DNA of 56,201 nucleotides, from NCBI GenBank assembly GCA_964358535.1, contig CAYHQK010000001.1:1-56201 (forward strand), in the 5' to 3' direction. The position numbers and the translations under genes were made by a program. Below are positions 8,679-17,288 of the stretch, in pieces. A model generated the notes under the pieces. It was not told where the DNA came from. It was given only the letters and a program-made list of their open reading frames with translations, and did no database searches. Source of the DNA: an uncultured Nitrospira sp. (GTDB lineage: Bacteria > Nitrospirota > Nitrospiria > Nitrospirales > Nitrospiraceae). How positions within the stretch are numbered: position 1 is the stretch's first letter; each line of letters begins with the position of its first letter.

Positions 8679-10615
8679 GCGGCCCGTATGGGCCGCCCCT
8701 GCCGGCTACCAAACCCTTCCAGGTAACGCTCGCAATCACCGACTTGTCCGGCCCGCTTGTACAGGTCGGCAGCGACGAAATATGCCTCGATGTCAATGTT
8801 GTCAGGGTCCAGGCGGAGAGCCTCCTCGATGGCCTGAATGCCCTGAGGCACCTCCTCACGTTCGGCGTGGATGCGCGCCACGTAATAGAGGAGACCGGCC
8901 GACTCCACCCCGCGCTTCGTTAGCTGTCCCGCCTTCTCCAGTAGCTCGTCGTATCGTTTCTCGGCGAACAGCACACTCATCCACGCTGACAGAGCCCATG
9001 CACGCTCCGGATTCTCTTCGTAAGCGCTTCGGTACAGGCGGAGGACTTCGCTCTTGTCCTGCGGAGTATCTCGCTCGTACAACACCCCGCTCAACCGATT
9101 ATAGAAGAAGCTGTCATCAGGCTCCAGCCGAACAGCTTCCCGATAGTCCTGTTCGGCCGCACCCAGCTCTCCCAACATCCAGGCCAGGGTGCCTTTCGCG
9201 AAATACGCCGGCCCGTTCATCGGATCGAGTTCGATGGCCTGATCATAGTCTGCCCGCGCCGGGTCATAGTCCATTTGTGTGAGCCGGACATTGCCTCGAG
9301 CCAGATAATACAGAGCGGATTGCGGGTTCTGCTCAATGGCCTCTGAATAGGCGGCGATTGCAGCAACATAGTCCTCGTCGTGAAAGGCCCGGTTCCCTCT
9401 CGCGTAGGCGGCTTCCGCAGCCTCGGATGAGATCGTCGGTGATTCGGGTTCCTGACCGCTACTCGGAGCCGAGCCGGATTCGGTCGGTGGAAGCGGCGAC
9501 TCCCCCCAAGGAGCCAGATACAGCAGCACTCCGCCTAGCGCGGCAAGGACGATAACAGTAAGACTCGCGTGCAACAGCCACCGAGGCGCTGACGCGAGGC
9601 CTGTCCGAATAAGGCCATACACAAAGGCCAGGGCGAGAATCGCCAGAACAGCGAGGGAGCCGACGGCGGCCAGAAAAGACAGCCCGGTCAGCGGCCCGCC
9701 GGTGCTACTGCCCGAAAAGAGCCACAACCCCACCGCGCTCAGACCGAGCACGAGGAACAGCAGAGGGACTACAGTCTTCACGTCGGTGAGAATGGACGGC
9801 CATCCGGCGGCGCGCATGCGCAATTGCCACCGCTCGAGCGCATCCGCCTGACGATACCGGAGATCGGCCAGGCGCTCTTTGGCCTTGGCCTCTCCTGCCA
9901 CATCGGCCAGCACATAGTAGGCCTTGGCCTTTTCGAGCGAGTCGAGAGCCGGTCCCGCTGCAGCCAGGTCGCCCAGCCTCAAGTATGCCTGACCTTTGTC
10001 GTACTGATCGCCGACTTCGAGCGCCCGCTCATACCACCGCGCGGCTTTCGTCCGATCGGCATGAACAGGCCGGCCGATGTGATAGGCTTCCGCAACAGAC
10101 AGGACGGCGTAGGGACGCGACAGGAGGGCGGGCCGATACGCCTCCCAGGCGCCGGCCTCAATCCATTCGGCGGCGTCCTGCCACTGCGCGGTCTCAGCGG
10201 CGTAAGCGACAGGCACATGCCCCTCTTTCGCCAGTTGTGCCGTGCGGAGGGGAGCTTGGGGATGTCCATGGAGCGCGGCGAATCGAAACAGGGTGAACAC
10301 ATCGCCGGCCTGCTCGGGCGCCAGACCTGTTTCGATCAGACAAGCCAGCCGGTAGGCAGCGCCGGGATGAGACCCTCGCACGGCCCGCTCATAACAGGCC
10401 GCCGCCGCCGCGATGTCTTGGGGGACCCCACGTCCCTCCTCATACAAGCGGCCGAGCAGATACTCCCCCCGCTGGTCACCAAGATCCGCCGCCTTGCGAT
10501 ACAGCTCAGCAGCCTTGGCGTAATTCTTTAGAGCCCCATGGCCAGTGTCGAATTTGCGCCCCAGCCGGACGAGCTCGTCTGCATCAACCGATGACTGTTT
10601 CCCTGCGTCATCCAT
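8663..10615 (-). CDS. Sel1-repeat / TPR-repeat membrane protein
   Basis: N-terminal Sel1-like repeats (YAKAAELYRKAADLGDQRGEYLLGRLYEEGRGVPQD), three to four central TM helices, C-terminal TPR repeats (AAYARGNRAFHDEDYVAAIAAYSEAIEQNPQSALYY...). Confidence 0.75.
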   Translation of the reverse strand: MDDAGKQSSVDADELVRLGRKFDTGHGALKNYAKAAELYRKAADLGDQRGEYLLGRLYEEGRGVPQDIAAAAACYERAVRGSHPGAAYRLACLIETGLAPEQAGDVFTLFRFAALHGHPQAPLRTAQLAKEGHVPVAYAAETAQWQDAAEWIEAGAWEAYRPALLSRPYAVLSVAEAYHIGRPVHADRTKAARWYERALEVGDQYDKGQAYLRLGDLAAAGPALDSLEKAKAYYVLADVAGEAKAKERLADLRYRQADALERWQLRMRAAGWPSILTDVKTVVPLLFLVLGLSAVGLWLFSGSSTGGPLTGLSFLAAVGSLAVLAILALAFVYGLIRTGLASAPRWLLHASLTVIVLAALGGVLLYLAPWGESPLPPTESGSAPSSGQEPESPTISSEAAEAAYARGNRAFHDEDYVAAIAAYSEAIEQNPQSALYYLARGNVRLTQMDYDPARADYDQAIELDPMNGPAYFAKGTLAWMLGELGAAEQDYREAVRLEPDDSFFYNRLSGVLYERDTPQDKSEVLRLYRSAYEENPERAWALSAWMSVLFAEKRYDELLEKAGQLTKRGVESAGLLYYVARIHAEREEVPQGIQAIEEALRLDPDNIDIEAYFVAADLYKRAGQVGDCERYLEGFGSRQGRPIRAAWCRE

Positions 10616-10868
10616 GCGAATTACACATTGTTTTCAACCCTTCGGTGAAAACCCCCATAGGTCGCCACGCTTCTCCCCACCCCGTCTTCCATCGCCATCT
10701 TCGGGCTAATACTCTGACGATCAAATGAAACGGGCCAAAAATATAATTCGTTCGCAGTTGTGTCAACCCACTGTTCGGCTTGTCATCTTCTCCCCCTTCC
10801 CAGTACGCGGGCGCCGGACTGGCTGCTGACGCGCGTTGCGCGAGCACAGAGGCTTGGCTCAGCCGCCC

Positions 10869-11456
10869 TCACCTTCCTAAATCCCCCAACCCCCTCATCT
10901 CATCCAGCCATCCAGCCCGCTGCTTCTGACTCATCCCCTCTATCGAACCGATGAGGCTCGCCTTGATCGGGCCGATGCCGGAGAAACCAAGGATGTTGCG
11001 TTCCAGACTCTTGAGACTATGGGCAAAGAAGAACCAGCGATAGACGAATGCCGGCATACCCATGGTGACGACGATTCTCGCGGACTTGCCAACAAGAAGC
11101 TTTTTCGCCATCCCACCGGATTTCTGATACTCGAACGCAAAACCGGGACGAAAAACCTGTTCGAAAAACGCCTTGAGCAGAGCAGGCATCGAGCCGAGCC
11201 ACAGGGGATAAATGATGACGAGATGGTTCGCCCACCCGATCGCCTCCTGGCCTTGCTTGATTACATCCGGCGGTGCTCCATTCTCGAAGTCTTCCTTCGT
11301 CCGCAGGAAAGAAAAGTCCAACGTGGCCACTTCGATGCGCCGAACTTCGTGACCGCCATCTTCTGCACCCTTCGCATACTCAGCCGCCAGCGCATGACAG
11401 AAATGCCGCGCCTGCGCATCGGGATGGCCTTGAATAATGGTTATGCGTTTCGCCAC
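10869..11456 (-). CDS. Flavodoxin-like-fold NAD(P)H-dependent oxidoreductase (KefF/MdaB-type quinone reductase family)
   Basis: MAKRITIIQGHPD...WANHLVIIYPLWLGSMPALLKAFFEQVFRPGFAF matches the Flavodoxin_2 NAD(P)H dehydrogenase family. Confidence 0.75.
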   Translation of the reverse strand: MAKRITIIQGHPDAQARHFCHALAAEYAKGAEDGGHEVRRIEVATLDFSFLRTKEDFENGAPPDVIKQGQEAIGWANHLVIIYPLWLGSMPALLKAFFEQVFRPGFAFEYQKSGGMAKKLLVGKSARIVVTMGMPAFVYRWFFFAHSLKSLERNILGFSGIGPIKASLIGSIEGMSQKQRAGWLDEMRGLGDLGR

Positions 11457-11502
11457 GAGATGTGCCTTCCTCTCATAACCTAGCAGGCTGCGAAAAAACT
11501 AT

Positions 11503-12588
11503 TTAGATGAACTGTTTCAGCAAGACCGGCCGCCGCTGTGCGCCCCAACGGCCCGGCTTCTCTTCGAAGACTCCGGCACAAGGAGTCCCACAGAAACGAC
11601 AGTTTCCATCTGCCGTCACGTTCCACTCGCTCAGCTCGTACCAGTCCCGTCCGATGAGTATCTGCCTGCATGCATGACAATAGGTACTTCCGCCTTCCCG
11701 GTCGGAGACGTTGCCGGTATAGGCATAGCGGACACCGTTCTTCATCGCGATATGGCGAGCCATGGTCAGGGTGGCAGACGGCGTGTGCGGGTAGCCGCGC
11801 ATCTTCCAGTCAGGATGAAAGGCGGTGAAGTGGATCGGCACGTCCGGCCCGAGCTGCTCCACCACCCACTGCGTCAGGGCTTCGATTTCCTGCTCCGAAT
11901 CGTTCTCTCCTGGGATGAGCAGCGTCGTGATCTCGACCCAGACCTTGGTCTGGTGTTTAAGATAGATGAGTGTCTCCAGCACCGGCTGGAGATGGGACCC
12001 GGTAACCTCGTGATAGAACCGCTCGGTGAAGGATTTAAGATCGACGTTGGCGGCATCCATATATCGGTAGAACTCGACGCGGGGCTCCGCGCAGACATAA
12101 CCTGCCGTCACTGCGACGGACTTGATGCCTCGTTCACGGCAGGCTTGCGCCACATCGATCGCATATTCATGGAAGATCACCGGATCGTTATAGGTGTAGG
12201 CCACGCTCCGACAGCCGAGTTCCGCCGCAGCCCGCGCGATCGTCTCGGGCGAGGCTTCATCGGCCAACGTATCCATTTCGCGGGACTTGCTCATGTCCCA
12301 GTTCTGGCAGAACTTACAGGCCAGGTTGCAGCCAGCCGTACCGAATGACAGGACCGGTGTGCCTGGCAGAAAATGATTCAACGGCTTTTTCTCAATCGGG
12401 TCCACGCAGAAGCCGCTGGATCGCCCATACGAGGTCAGGACGATCTGATCCTGCCGGCGTTCGCGTACGAAACAGAGACCCTGCTGCCCCTCTTGGAGCT
12501 TACAGAACCGCGGACAGAGGTCGCACTGGATACGGCCGTCATCCAGCCTGTGCCAGTACTTGGTGGGAAATCCGGTTGATGAACTCAT
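11503..12588 (-). CDS. AmmeMemoRadiSam-system radical SAM enzyme
   Basis: N-terminal Cys cluster (CDLCPRFCKL...GLCFVR) followed by CNLACKFCQNW (CX3CX2C) and overall 361-aa layout typical of this subfamily. Confidence 0.8.
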   Translation of the reverse strand: MSSSTGFPTKYWHRLDDGRIQCDLCPRFCKLQEGQQGLCFVRERRQDQIVLTSYGRSSGFCVDPIEKKPLNHFLPGTPVLSFGTAGCNLACKFCQNWDMSKSREMDTLADEASPETIARAAAELGCRSVAYTYNDPVIFHEYAIDVAQACRERGIKSVAVTAGYVCAEPRVEFYRYMDAANVDLKSFTERFYHEVTGSHLQPVLETLIYLKHQTKVWVEITTLLIPGENDSEQEIEALTQWVVEQLGPDVPIHFTAFHPDWKMRGYPHTPSATLTMARHIAMKNGVRYAYTGNVSDREGGSTYCHACRQILIGRDWYELSEWNVTADGNCRFCGTPCAGVFEEKPGRWGAQRRPVLLKQFI

Positions 12589-12604
12589 CGTGACCTCTTT
12601 CTAG

Positions 12605-12815
12605 CAGGATGCTGAAAAAGCCCGCCAGCAGGGGGTGGGATGGCCCGGTGAGTCCCCTGTGCTCGCGCAACGCGCGGTCTCAGAAGACCCTCGTTGGACG
12701 CGCGCAGTGGGGGATTCATCCGGGCCATCCCAGAATAACGTATACGAGCACGCTTGGAAGGACCATCTTTGGTCGCTCGCTGCGGCCTTGCTGGACGGTC
12801 TTTTTGAACATCCTG
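12605..12815 (+). repeat. Composite repeat: type-A TIRs enclosing a type-B extended hairpin (12637..12731)
   Basis: Ends CAGGATGCTGAAAAAGCCCGCCAGC / GCTGGACGGTCTTTTTGAACATCCTG; inner arms GGGATGGCCCGG (12637..12648) / CCGGGCCATCCC (12720..12731) are perfect complements; same architecture at 16976..17166. Confidence 0.85.
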
Positions 12816-12939
12816 TAAACTCATCGGCAATCACTGCGAGCGTCCGATTCGCCGAATCCCACCGGAGCGAGAATAATTTCTCCGCAGCCTGCTTGAGGAT
12901 CTTGCACCATCCAACTCACGCCAACTGCTTCTTCCGTTC

Positions 12940-13116
12940 TCAAGGACTGGTCGTCAGTGGGACGGCAGCCATCGCAGGCAACCTATCGCTCGATATCGTA
13001 CCAGCAGATGGAGCCAGCAGGGTCTTCGGGAGAGGAGGCGAACAGGCACCCAGCACGATCGTGACGCTCAGAAGACAGGTGATGATCACAGAACGAATCA
13101 TCCGATTGCTCGCCAT
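12940..13116 (-). CDS. Small lipoprotein (58 aa), below the ORF-track length cut-off
   Basis: My translation: MASNRMIRSVIITCLLSVTIVLGACSPPLPKTLLAPSAGTISSDRLPAMAAVPLTTSP; lipobox VLGAC; SD AAGGAG 7 nt upstream of the ATG at 13116. Confidence 0.5.
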   Translation of the reverse strand: MASNRMIRSVIITCLLSVTIVLGACSPPLPKTLLAPSAGTISSDRLPAMAAVPLTTSP

Positions 13117-13182
13117 GACGATACTCCTTGGCTAGGTTCGAGGTTCGCTGCTATCAACTTCTCACACAGGATACAATGGACG

Positions 13183-13680
13183 ATGTCGTCCCTGAATGCA
13201 CCGATCGCTCCTTCTCCGGCCTTCTTCGCCGATGCCATGCTCGGCAGACTGGCCCGTTGGCTCCGGACGCTCGGCTACGACACAGCCTATGAAAAGATCA
13301 TTGCTGATGGAACGCTGACCGAACGGGTCCTGACAGAACATCGGTGGCTCCTCACCAGGGATCGCAACCTCGTGCAACGCAAAGTCCTGCGAGATCGTCA
13401 CACGCTCATTGTCAGCGATCATCTGCAGCACCAGCTCCGGCAACTCCAGTCGGAGCGACACATTACGTTCGACCTCACTGACAATACTGCCAGCCGCTGC
13501 GCCTCATGCAACGACATCCTCACACCCATCCCCCATGAGGAAGCAGCCCGCAAAGTCCCGGCCTATGTCGCAAGCTCGCAGCCCAGGTTCGTGCAATGTC
13601 CGAGCTGCGAACGGACCTATTGGCCTGGCACTCATTGGACCCACATGCTCGCTCGCCTCCAAGAACTGAGGACCTCATGA
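13183..13680 (+). CDS. Mut7-C RNase domain (DUF82, PIN-like plus zinc ribbon) protein
   Basis: FFADAMLGRLARWLRTLGYDT...LLTRD... then CASCN...CPSCERTYWPGTHW zinc-ribbon, the standard Mut7-C layout. Confidence 0.75.
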   Translation: MSSLNAPIAPSPAFFADAMLGRLARWLRTLGYDTAYEKIIADGTLTERVLTEHRWLLTRDRNLVQRKVLRDRHTLIVSDHLQHQLRQLQSERHITFDLTDNTASRCASCNDILTPIPHEEAARKVPAYVASSQPRFVQCPSCERTYWPGTHWTHMLARLQELRTS

Positions 13681-14351
13681 AAGTGAGCTGCCTCCCGTTA
13701 ATCCTCTTCCTGATTCTCCTCGCCCTCCTCCCGCTCGCATTCGGGCAACTGTTCGCGACAGCGTTGATAAAGCTTCGGCTGGAGCCCTCAACCGCGCTCC
13801 TCCTGGTCATGGGCATCATCCTGGGCAGCGGCATCAATCTTCCCCTCAAACGCATTCCCAGAAACGACGCGCCAGTCCAGGATCCACTGGCAATCCTGGG
13901 TTTGACCGGTCGCTGGCCCTGGGCTCAACAGGTCCAACAAGAAACGGTCATCGCCGTCAACGTGGGCGGCTGCCTAATTCCCGCAGGCCTGGCCCTCTAC
14001 GAAATCATCCACCTCGTGTTCGACAATCCACAGTTCTTTCTCTGGCTGGCCATCGCGGTCTCAGTCAATACGACCATCTGCTATCGGCTCGCGCAACCAG
14101 TTTCAGGGATCGGTATCGCCTTGCCAGGACTGGTGCCTGCCGCGGTCGCAGCCATGAGCGCCTTGTGGCTGATCCCCGAACAGGCGCCGCAGGTCGCTTT
14201 TGTCGCGGGAGTCCTAGGGCCCCTCATCGGCGCCGATCTGCTCCACCTCCGTGACATCGAAACACTTGAGACCGGAGTCGCCAGTATCGGAGGCGCCGGC
14301 ACGTTCGATGGCATTGTCCTCTCCGGCATCGTCGCCGCCTACCTCGCGTGA
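13677..14351 (+). CDS. DUF1614 family integral membrane protein
   Basis: Polytopic ORF; Met at 13677 overlaps the Mut7-C stop (ATGA 13677..13680); ...VNVGGCLIPAGLALYE...GADLLHL...IGGAGTFDGIVLSG... resembles DUF1614. Confidence 0.6.
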   Translation: MKVSCLPLILFLILLALLPLAFGQLFATALIKLRLEPSTALLLVMGIILGSGINLPLKRIPRNDAPVQDPLAILGLTGRWPWAQQVQQETVIAVNVGGCLIPAGLALYEIIHLVFDNPQFFLWLAIAVSVNTTICYRLAQPVSGIGIALPGLVPAAVAAMSALWLIPEQAPQVAFVAGVLGPLIGADLLHLRDIETLETGVASIGGAGTFDGIVLSGIVAAYLA

Positions 14352-14399
14352 ACCACGGTCCGAAACGATCACAACGATCACGCTGCCGCTCACACTCAC

Positions 14400-15389
14400 T
14401 CAGGACAGCTCGATTGTTCCCACGCCATCTCGAAATAGAACCCTGCTGCCAAAGGACGCACACTTGGCTTGCATCGTTCTTTGCAAGAATACAATCTCCT
14501 GGTCCTTCGCCAGCCGGACATAGAAGTCTTCAATGCGCACGGGATGGAGAATGATCCGCGCGAGGCGGCCTCGTTCGAGTTCCAATATAAACAAGAAGGA
14601 CAGATCATTGCGCTCAGATGAATCGACCGCATAGTCGTCGATGAAATCCCCGGTCGAGTAGAGGATGGCCTTGCCCTTGTAGAGTTCGATGCCTTGCGGT
14701 GTGTGGTTGGAGTGGCCCCAATAGAGATCAGCCCCGAGATCGATGATCTGATGGGCCAGCATCCGCATGGCCACTGAGGGGGGTCCCCAGTTGGGGCCGA
14801 CGTGCGCGCTGACCATCACGAGATCAGCCTGACTGCGGACCTGTTTCAAGACCTGTGCAAGTCTCGACCGATAGGGTTCGACTAAGCCCTTCGCATCGTA
14901 GGCAATGTAATGAATGCCCGACTTCTTCTCCCCCGCTTCCCATTCCGGTTCGTTGTCCGTGAGGGAGACGAGTCCCATCCTGCCTTGCGGCAGGTTCACG
15001 AAAGCAGCCGTAAGGGCTTCGGCGAGCGAGGCGCCGGCGCCTGTCCGCTTAATGCCGGCTCGATCGAGCAGAACAAGGCATTCGAGCAACGCATCGGCTC
15101 CGTAATCCAACACGTGATTGTTGGCCAAGGTCACGCAATCAATCTTCGCAGCGCGAAGGAAATCGATCGCGCGGGGATGGGCACGAAAATGAAAGGCTTT
15201 GGATCCTGGCTGCCACTCGCGCCCCCGGCTGCTAATCACACATTCCAGATTGATCAGCCGTCGATCCGCCTTGAGCAGGAGCGGCAGCACATCGCTCCAG
15301 ATCTTGTCCGGTCCGATCGACTGATTCTGAATTACATACTGGTCCACCAGCCGCCCCAGCATGACATCCCCGGTCAGTGCGATCTGCAT
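14400..15389 (-). CDS. CapA family (PGA_cap metallophosphatase-like) protein
   Basis: MQIALTGDVMLGR..., ...ANNHVLDYG..., ...HWGPNW-like blocks of the CapA family; Met at 15389 chosen because the track N-terminal 18 residues are encoded by the type-C repeat. Confidence 0.75.
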   Translation of the reverse strand: MQIALTGDVMLGRLVDQYVIQNQSIGPDKIWSDVLPLLLKADRRLINLECVISSRGREWQPGSKAFHFRAHPRAIDFLRAAKIDCVTLANNHVLDYGADALLECLVLLDRAGIKRTGAGASLAEALTAAFVNLPQGRMGLVSLTDNEPEWEAGEKKSGIHYIAYDAKGLVEPYRSRLAQVLKQVRSQADLVMVSAHVGPNWGPPSVAMRMLAHQIIDLGADLYWGHSNHTPQGIELYKGKAILYSTGDFIDDYAVDSSERNDLSFLFILELERGRLARIILHPVRIEDFYVRLAKDQEIVFLQRTMQAKCASFGSRVLFRDGVGTIELS

Positions 15390-15406
15390 GACAGGCCCGC
15401 CCTCTT

Positions 15407-15486
15407 CGTCCGTCGTTCGTCTCTCGTATCTCGTCGTTCGCAAGCGGAGACCTTCCTCGCCTGCGAGATACGCTTCACGAGGGACG
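15407..15486. repeat. Type-C (CGTCGTTCG ... GAGATACGCTTCACGA) palindromic element
   Basis: CTCGTATCTCG (15422..15432) pairs with CGAGATACG (15465..15473); motif GAGATACGCTTCACGA recurs at 48109..48124 and, with T for C, at 45221..45236. Confidence 0.65.
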
Positions 15487-15501
15487 CTCCACAGTTCTTG
15501 C

Positions 15502-15529
15502 GCTGGCGGATTTTTTCAGCATCCTGCTA
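15502..15529 (-). repeat. Type-A element terminus (half copy)
   Basis: GCTGGCGGATTTTTTCAGCATCCTGCTA matches the reverse complement of the type-A end. Confidence 0.7.
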
Positions 15530-15988
15530 TCTCCCGAACCGCCCCATGAGCTGCGCCTCTGCCAAAACATGTCCCTTGCAGGCGTCCAACACCTGAGCCT
15601 TGGTCGCACGGGACATCAGATTCAACATGACATCCAACGCATAGAGCCTGAAGTAGTACCGATGGGGCTTACCAGGCGGCGGGCAGGGGCCGCCATAGCC
15701 GACCCGCTTGAAGTCGTTCAATCCTTGCAATGCCCCGTCTGGCAAACGGTCTTTGGTCGGCACGCCCTCCGTGAGCCCGCGCAGGTCGAGAGGGAGATTG
15801 TAGATCACCCAGTGCACCCACGTACCGACCGGCGCGTCGGGATCGTCCGCAATGATGACGAAGCTTTTCGTCGCAGCCGGCGGCACACCCCAATGGAGCG
15901 GCGGAGACAGATCCTCACCCTCACAAGTATAGCGTCGTGGGATGGGATCGCCGGACTTAAACGCCGAACTGGTGAGTTCAAAGCCCAT
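15527..15988 (-). CDS. YbhB/YbcL family Raf-kinase-inhibitor-like (PEBP) protein
   Basis: MGFELTSSAFKSGDPIPRRYTCEGEDLSPPLHW...DDPDAP.GTWVHWVIYN...GYGGPCPPPGKPHRYYFRLYALD; ATG at 15988 has SD AGGAG upstream. Confidence 0.85.
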   Translation of the reverse strand: MGFELTSSAFKSGDPIPRRYTCEGEDLSPPLHWGVPPAATKSFVIIADDPDAPVGTWVHWVIYNLPLDLRGLTEGVPTKDRLPDGALQGLNDFKRVGYGGPCPPPGKPHRYYFRLYALDVMLNLMSRATKAQVLDACKGHVLAEAQLMGRFGR

Positions 15989-16071
15989 CGGTTTGTTCAC
16001 TCCTGTACACCAGCACCGAACCGGGAACATGTTTCACGACCATGCCGGCGCAAAAGATCTTCATGCCGGGC

Positions 16072-16749
16072 CTACCCTCCTAGCGTCAGAACCCTGCGGA
16101 CTTCCTCCAGGCACGTGATCACCTCCTCGTCCTCGACCTGAGGAAACTGTTCATAGAACTGGCCAATCCCGAAGAACCACTCAGACGTATGCAGGACCAC
16201 CACGTCGTCGACAAGCATCTTCAGTTCAGCCAATACTCGTGGCGGCGCGACCGGCACCGCGGCGACGATCTTCGCCGTCTCCGCCTTGAGCAGGGCGCCC
16301 AGGGACGCATAGAATGTCGCCCCTGTCGCAATACCATCGTCCACCAGGATGACCGTCTGCCCTTTTAACGAGGGAAGGGCCCGCCCACCCCGGTACCGTT
16401 CAATTCTCCGACGAACTTCTCTCTCCTGACAGAGAATTTCCTTCTCCACGTCGGCCTTGCTCACGTGATACTCCCGGATCACATCCTCGTTCATATGCCG
16501 GTAGCCGGTTTCGGCCAGGGCGCCCATGGCGAGCTCGGGATTCGAGGGGGCTCCCAACTTGCGCGTGATGAACACATCCAAGGGGAGTCGCAACGCCAGA
16601 CTGATGTCGTAGCCCACCGTCACCCCGCCCCGAGGCAAGGCGATGACGATCGTGTTCTTCACATCCTTGTAACGGAGAAGCTTCTGAGCCAATCGTTGGC
16701 CTGCATCATGGCGGTCCCGAAATAGAGCGAACTCACCCTTTGGAATCAT
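16072..16749 (-). CDS. Phosphoribosyltransferase (predicted PRTase, COG1926-like), paralog 1 of 3
   Basis: FRDRHDAGQRLAQKL...ALPRGGVTVGYDISLAL.LPLDVFITRKLGAP.NPE...VILVDDGIATGATF (PRPP-binding loop). Confidence 0.8.
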   Translation of the reverse strand: MIPKGEFALFRDRHDAGQRLAQKLLRYKDVKNTIVIALPRGGVTVGYDISLALRLPLDVFITRKLGAPSNPELAMGALAETGYRHMNEDVIREYHVSKADVEKEILCQEREVRRRIERYRGGRALPSLKGQTVILVDDGIATGATFYASLGALLKAETAKIVAAVPVAPPRVLAELKMLVDDVVVLHTSEWFFGIGQFYEQFPQVEDEEVITCLEEVRRVLTLGG

Positions 16750-16794
16750 CGCCTTCCCTCCGGCAACGGAATCCGCAGTCTCCCCTGATGTCTG

Positions 16795-16810
16795 AGCAAG
16801 ACGGATGCCG
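16795..16810 (-). promoter_or_regulatory. sigma-54-type -24/-12 promoter-like element (CGGCATccgtcTTGCT)
   Basis: GGCAT-N5-TTGCT with canonical spacing, 46 nt upstream of the PRTase ATG (16749), same strand. Confidence 0.6.
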
Positions 16811-16975
16811 AAATCATTTCCAAAGAAAGAACCGTAACCAACTGAACCTTCGAAGAAAGTTGGATCACAGACGCAGAGGAGCGTGCTGCTCAGGAATCAG
16901 CTGAGGGAGATTTCCACAGTGCTCGAATGTCGCTGCGGCAAGGAGAGGCAATCGGATAAATTCAGACGGCTCTCG

Positions 16976-17166
16976 CAGGCTGTTCAAAAAAGCCGTCCAG
17001 CAAGGCCGCAACGAGCAAGCAAAGATGGTTCTTCCAATCTTGCTCGTTAACGTTGCCCTCTGATGGCCCGGATGAGTCCCCCACTGCGCGCGTCCAACGA
17101 GGCCCTTCCGAGGGCGCGCGTTGCGCGAGCACAGGGGACTCACCAGGCCATCCCTCTCCCTGCTAG
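16976..17166 (-). repeat. Composite type-A/type-B repeat, second copy, one TIR truncated
   Basis: CAGGCTGTTCAAAAAAGCCGTCCAGC end, internal type-B hairpin 17062..17152 (GATGGCCCGGATGAGTCCCC / GGGGACTCACCAGGCCATC); aligns along its length with the reverse complement of 12605..12815 but ends at ...CCCTGCTAG. Confidence 0.8.
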
Positions 17167-17252
17167 TCGGACTTCCCCTTCCGCCAGAAGATCCAGAACA
17201 GCAGCGCTGCCACGACAGCCGCGAGTATCAGCTCAAACACTTCAGCAGACAT
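17163..17252 (-). CDS. Possible 29-aa single-TM peptide (speculative)
   Basis: My translation MSAEVFELILAAVVAALLFWIFWRKGKSD; 36 nt downstream of the BON gene on the same strand; weak SD (GGGGG). Confidence 0.25.
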   Translation of the reverse strand: MSAEVFELILAAVVAALLFWIFWRKGKSD

Positions 17253-17288
17253 CGATACCCCCGGTGAGATCGGTCACGCTGTCGCCTC

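Noticed and set aside
12609-12818. ORFs that span the repeats (12609..12818 +, 16865..17143 -, 27313..27543 -, 36025..36363 -, 43528..43872 -, and the N-terminal extension of 5689..6429)
   Set aside because: - The frames are not maintained between copies; the 36034 copy has an early stop (MLKKSASFVLALKASST*).
- Differences between copies are compensatory in stems rather than synonymous.
- None has a convincing SD.
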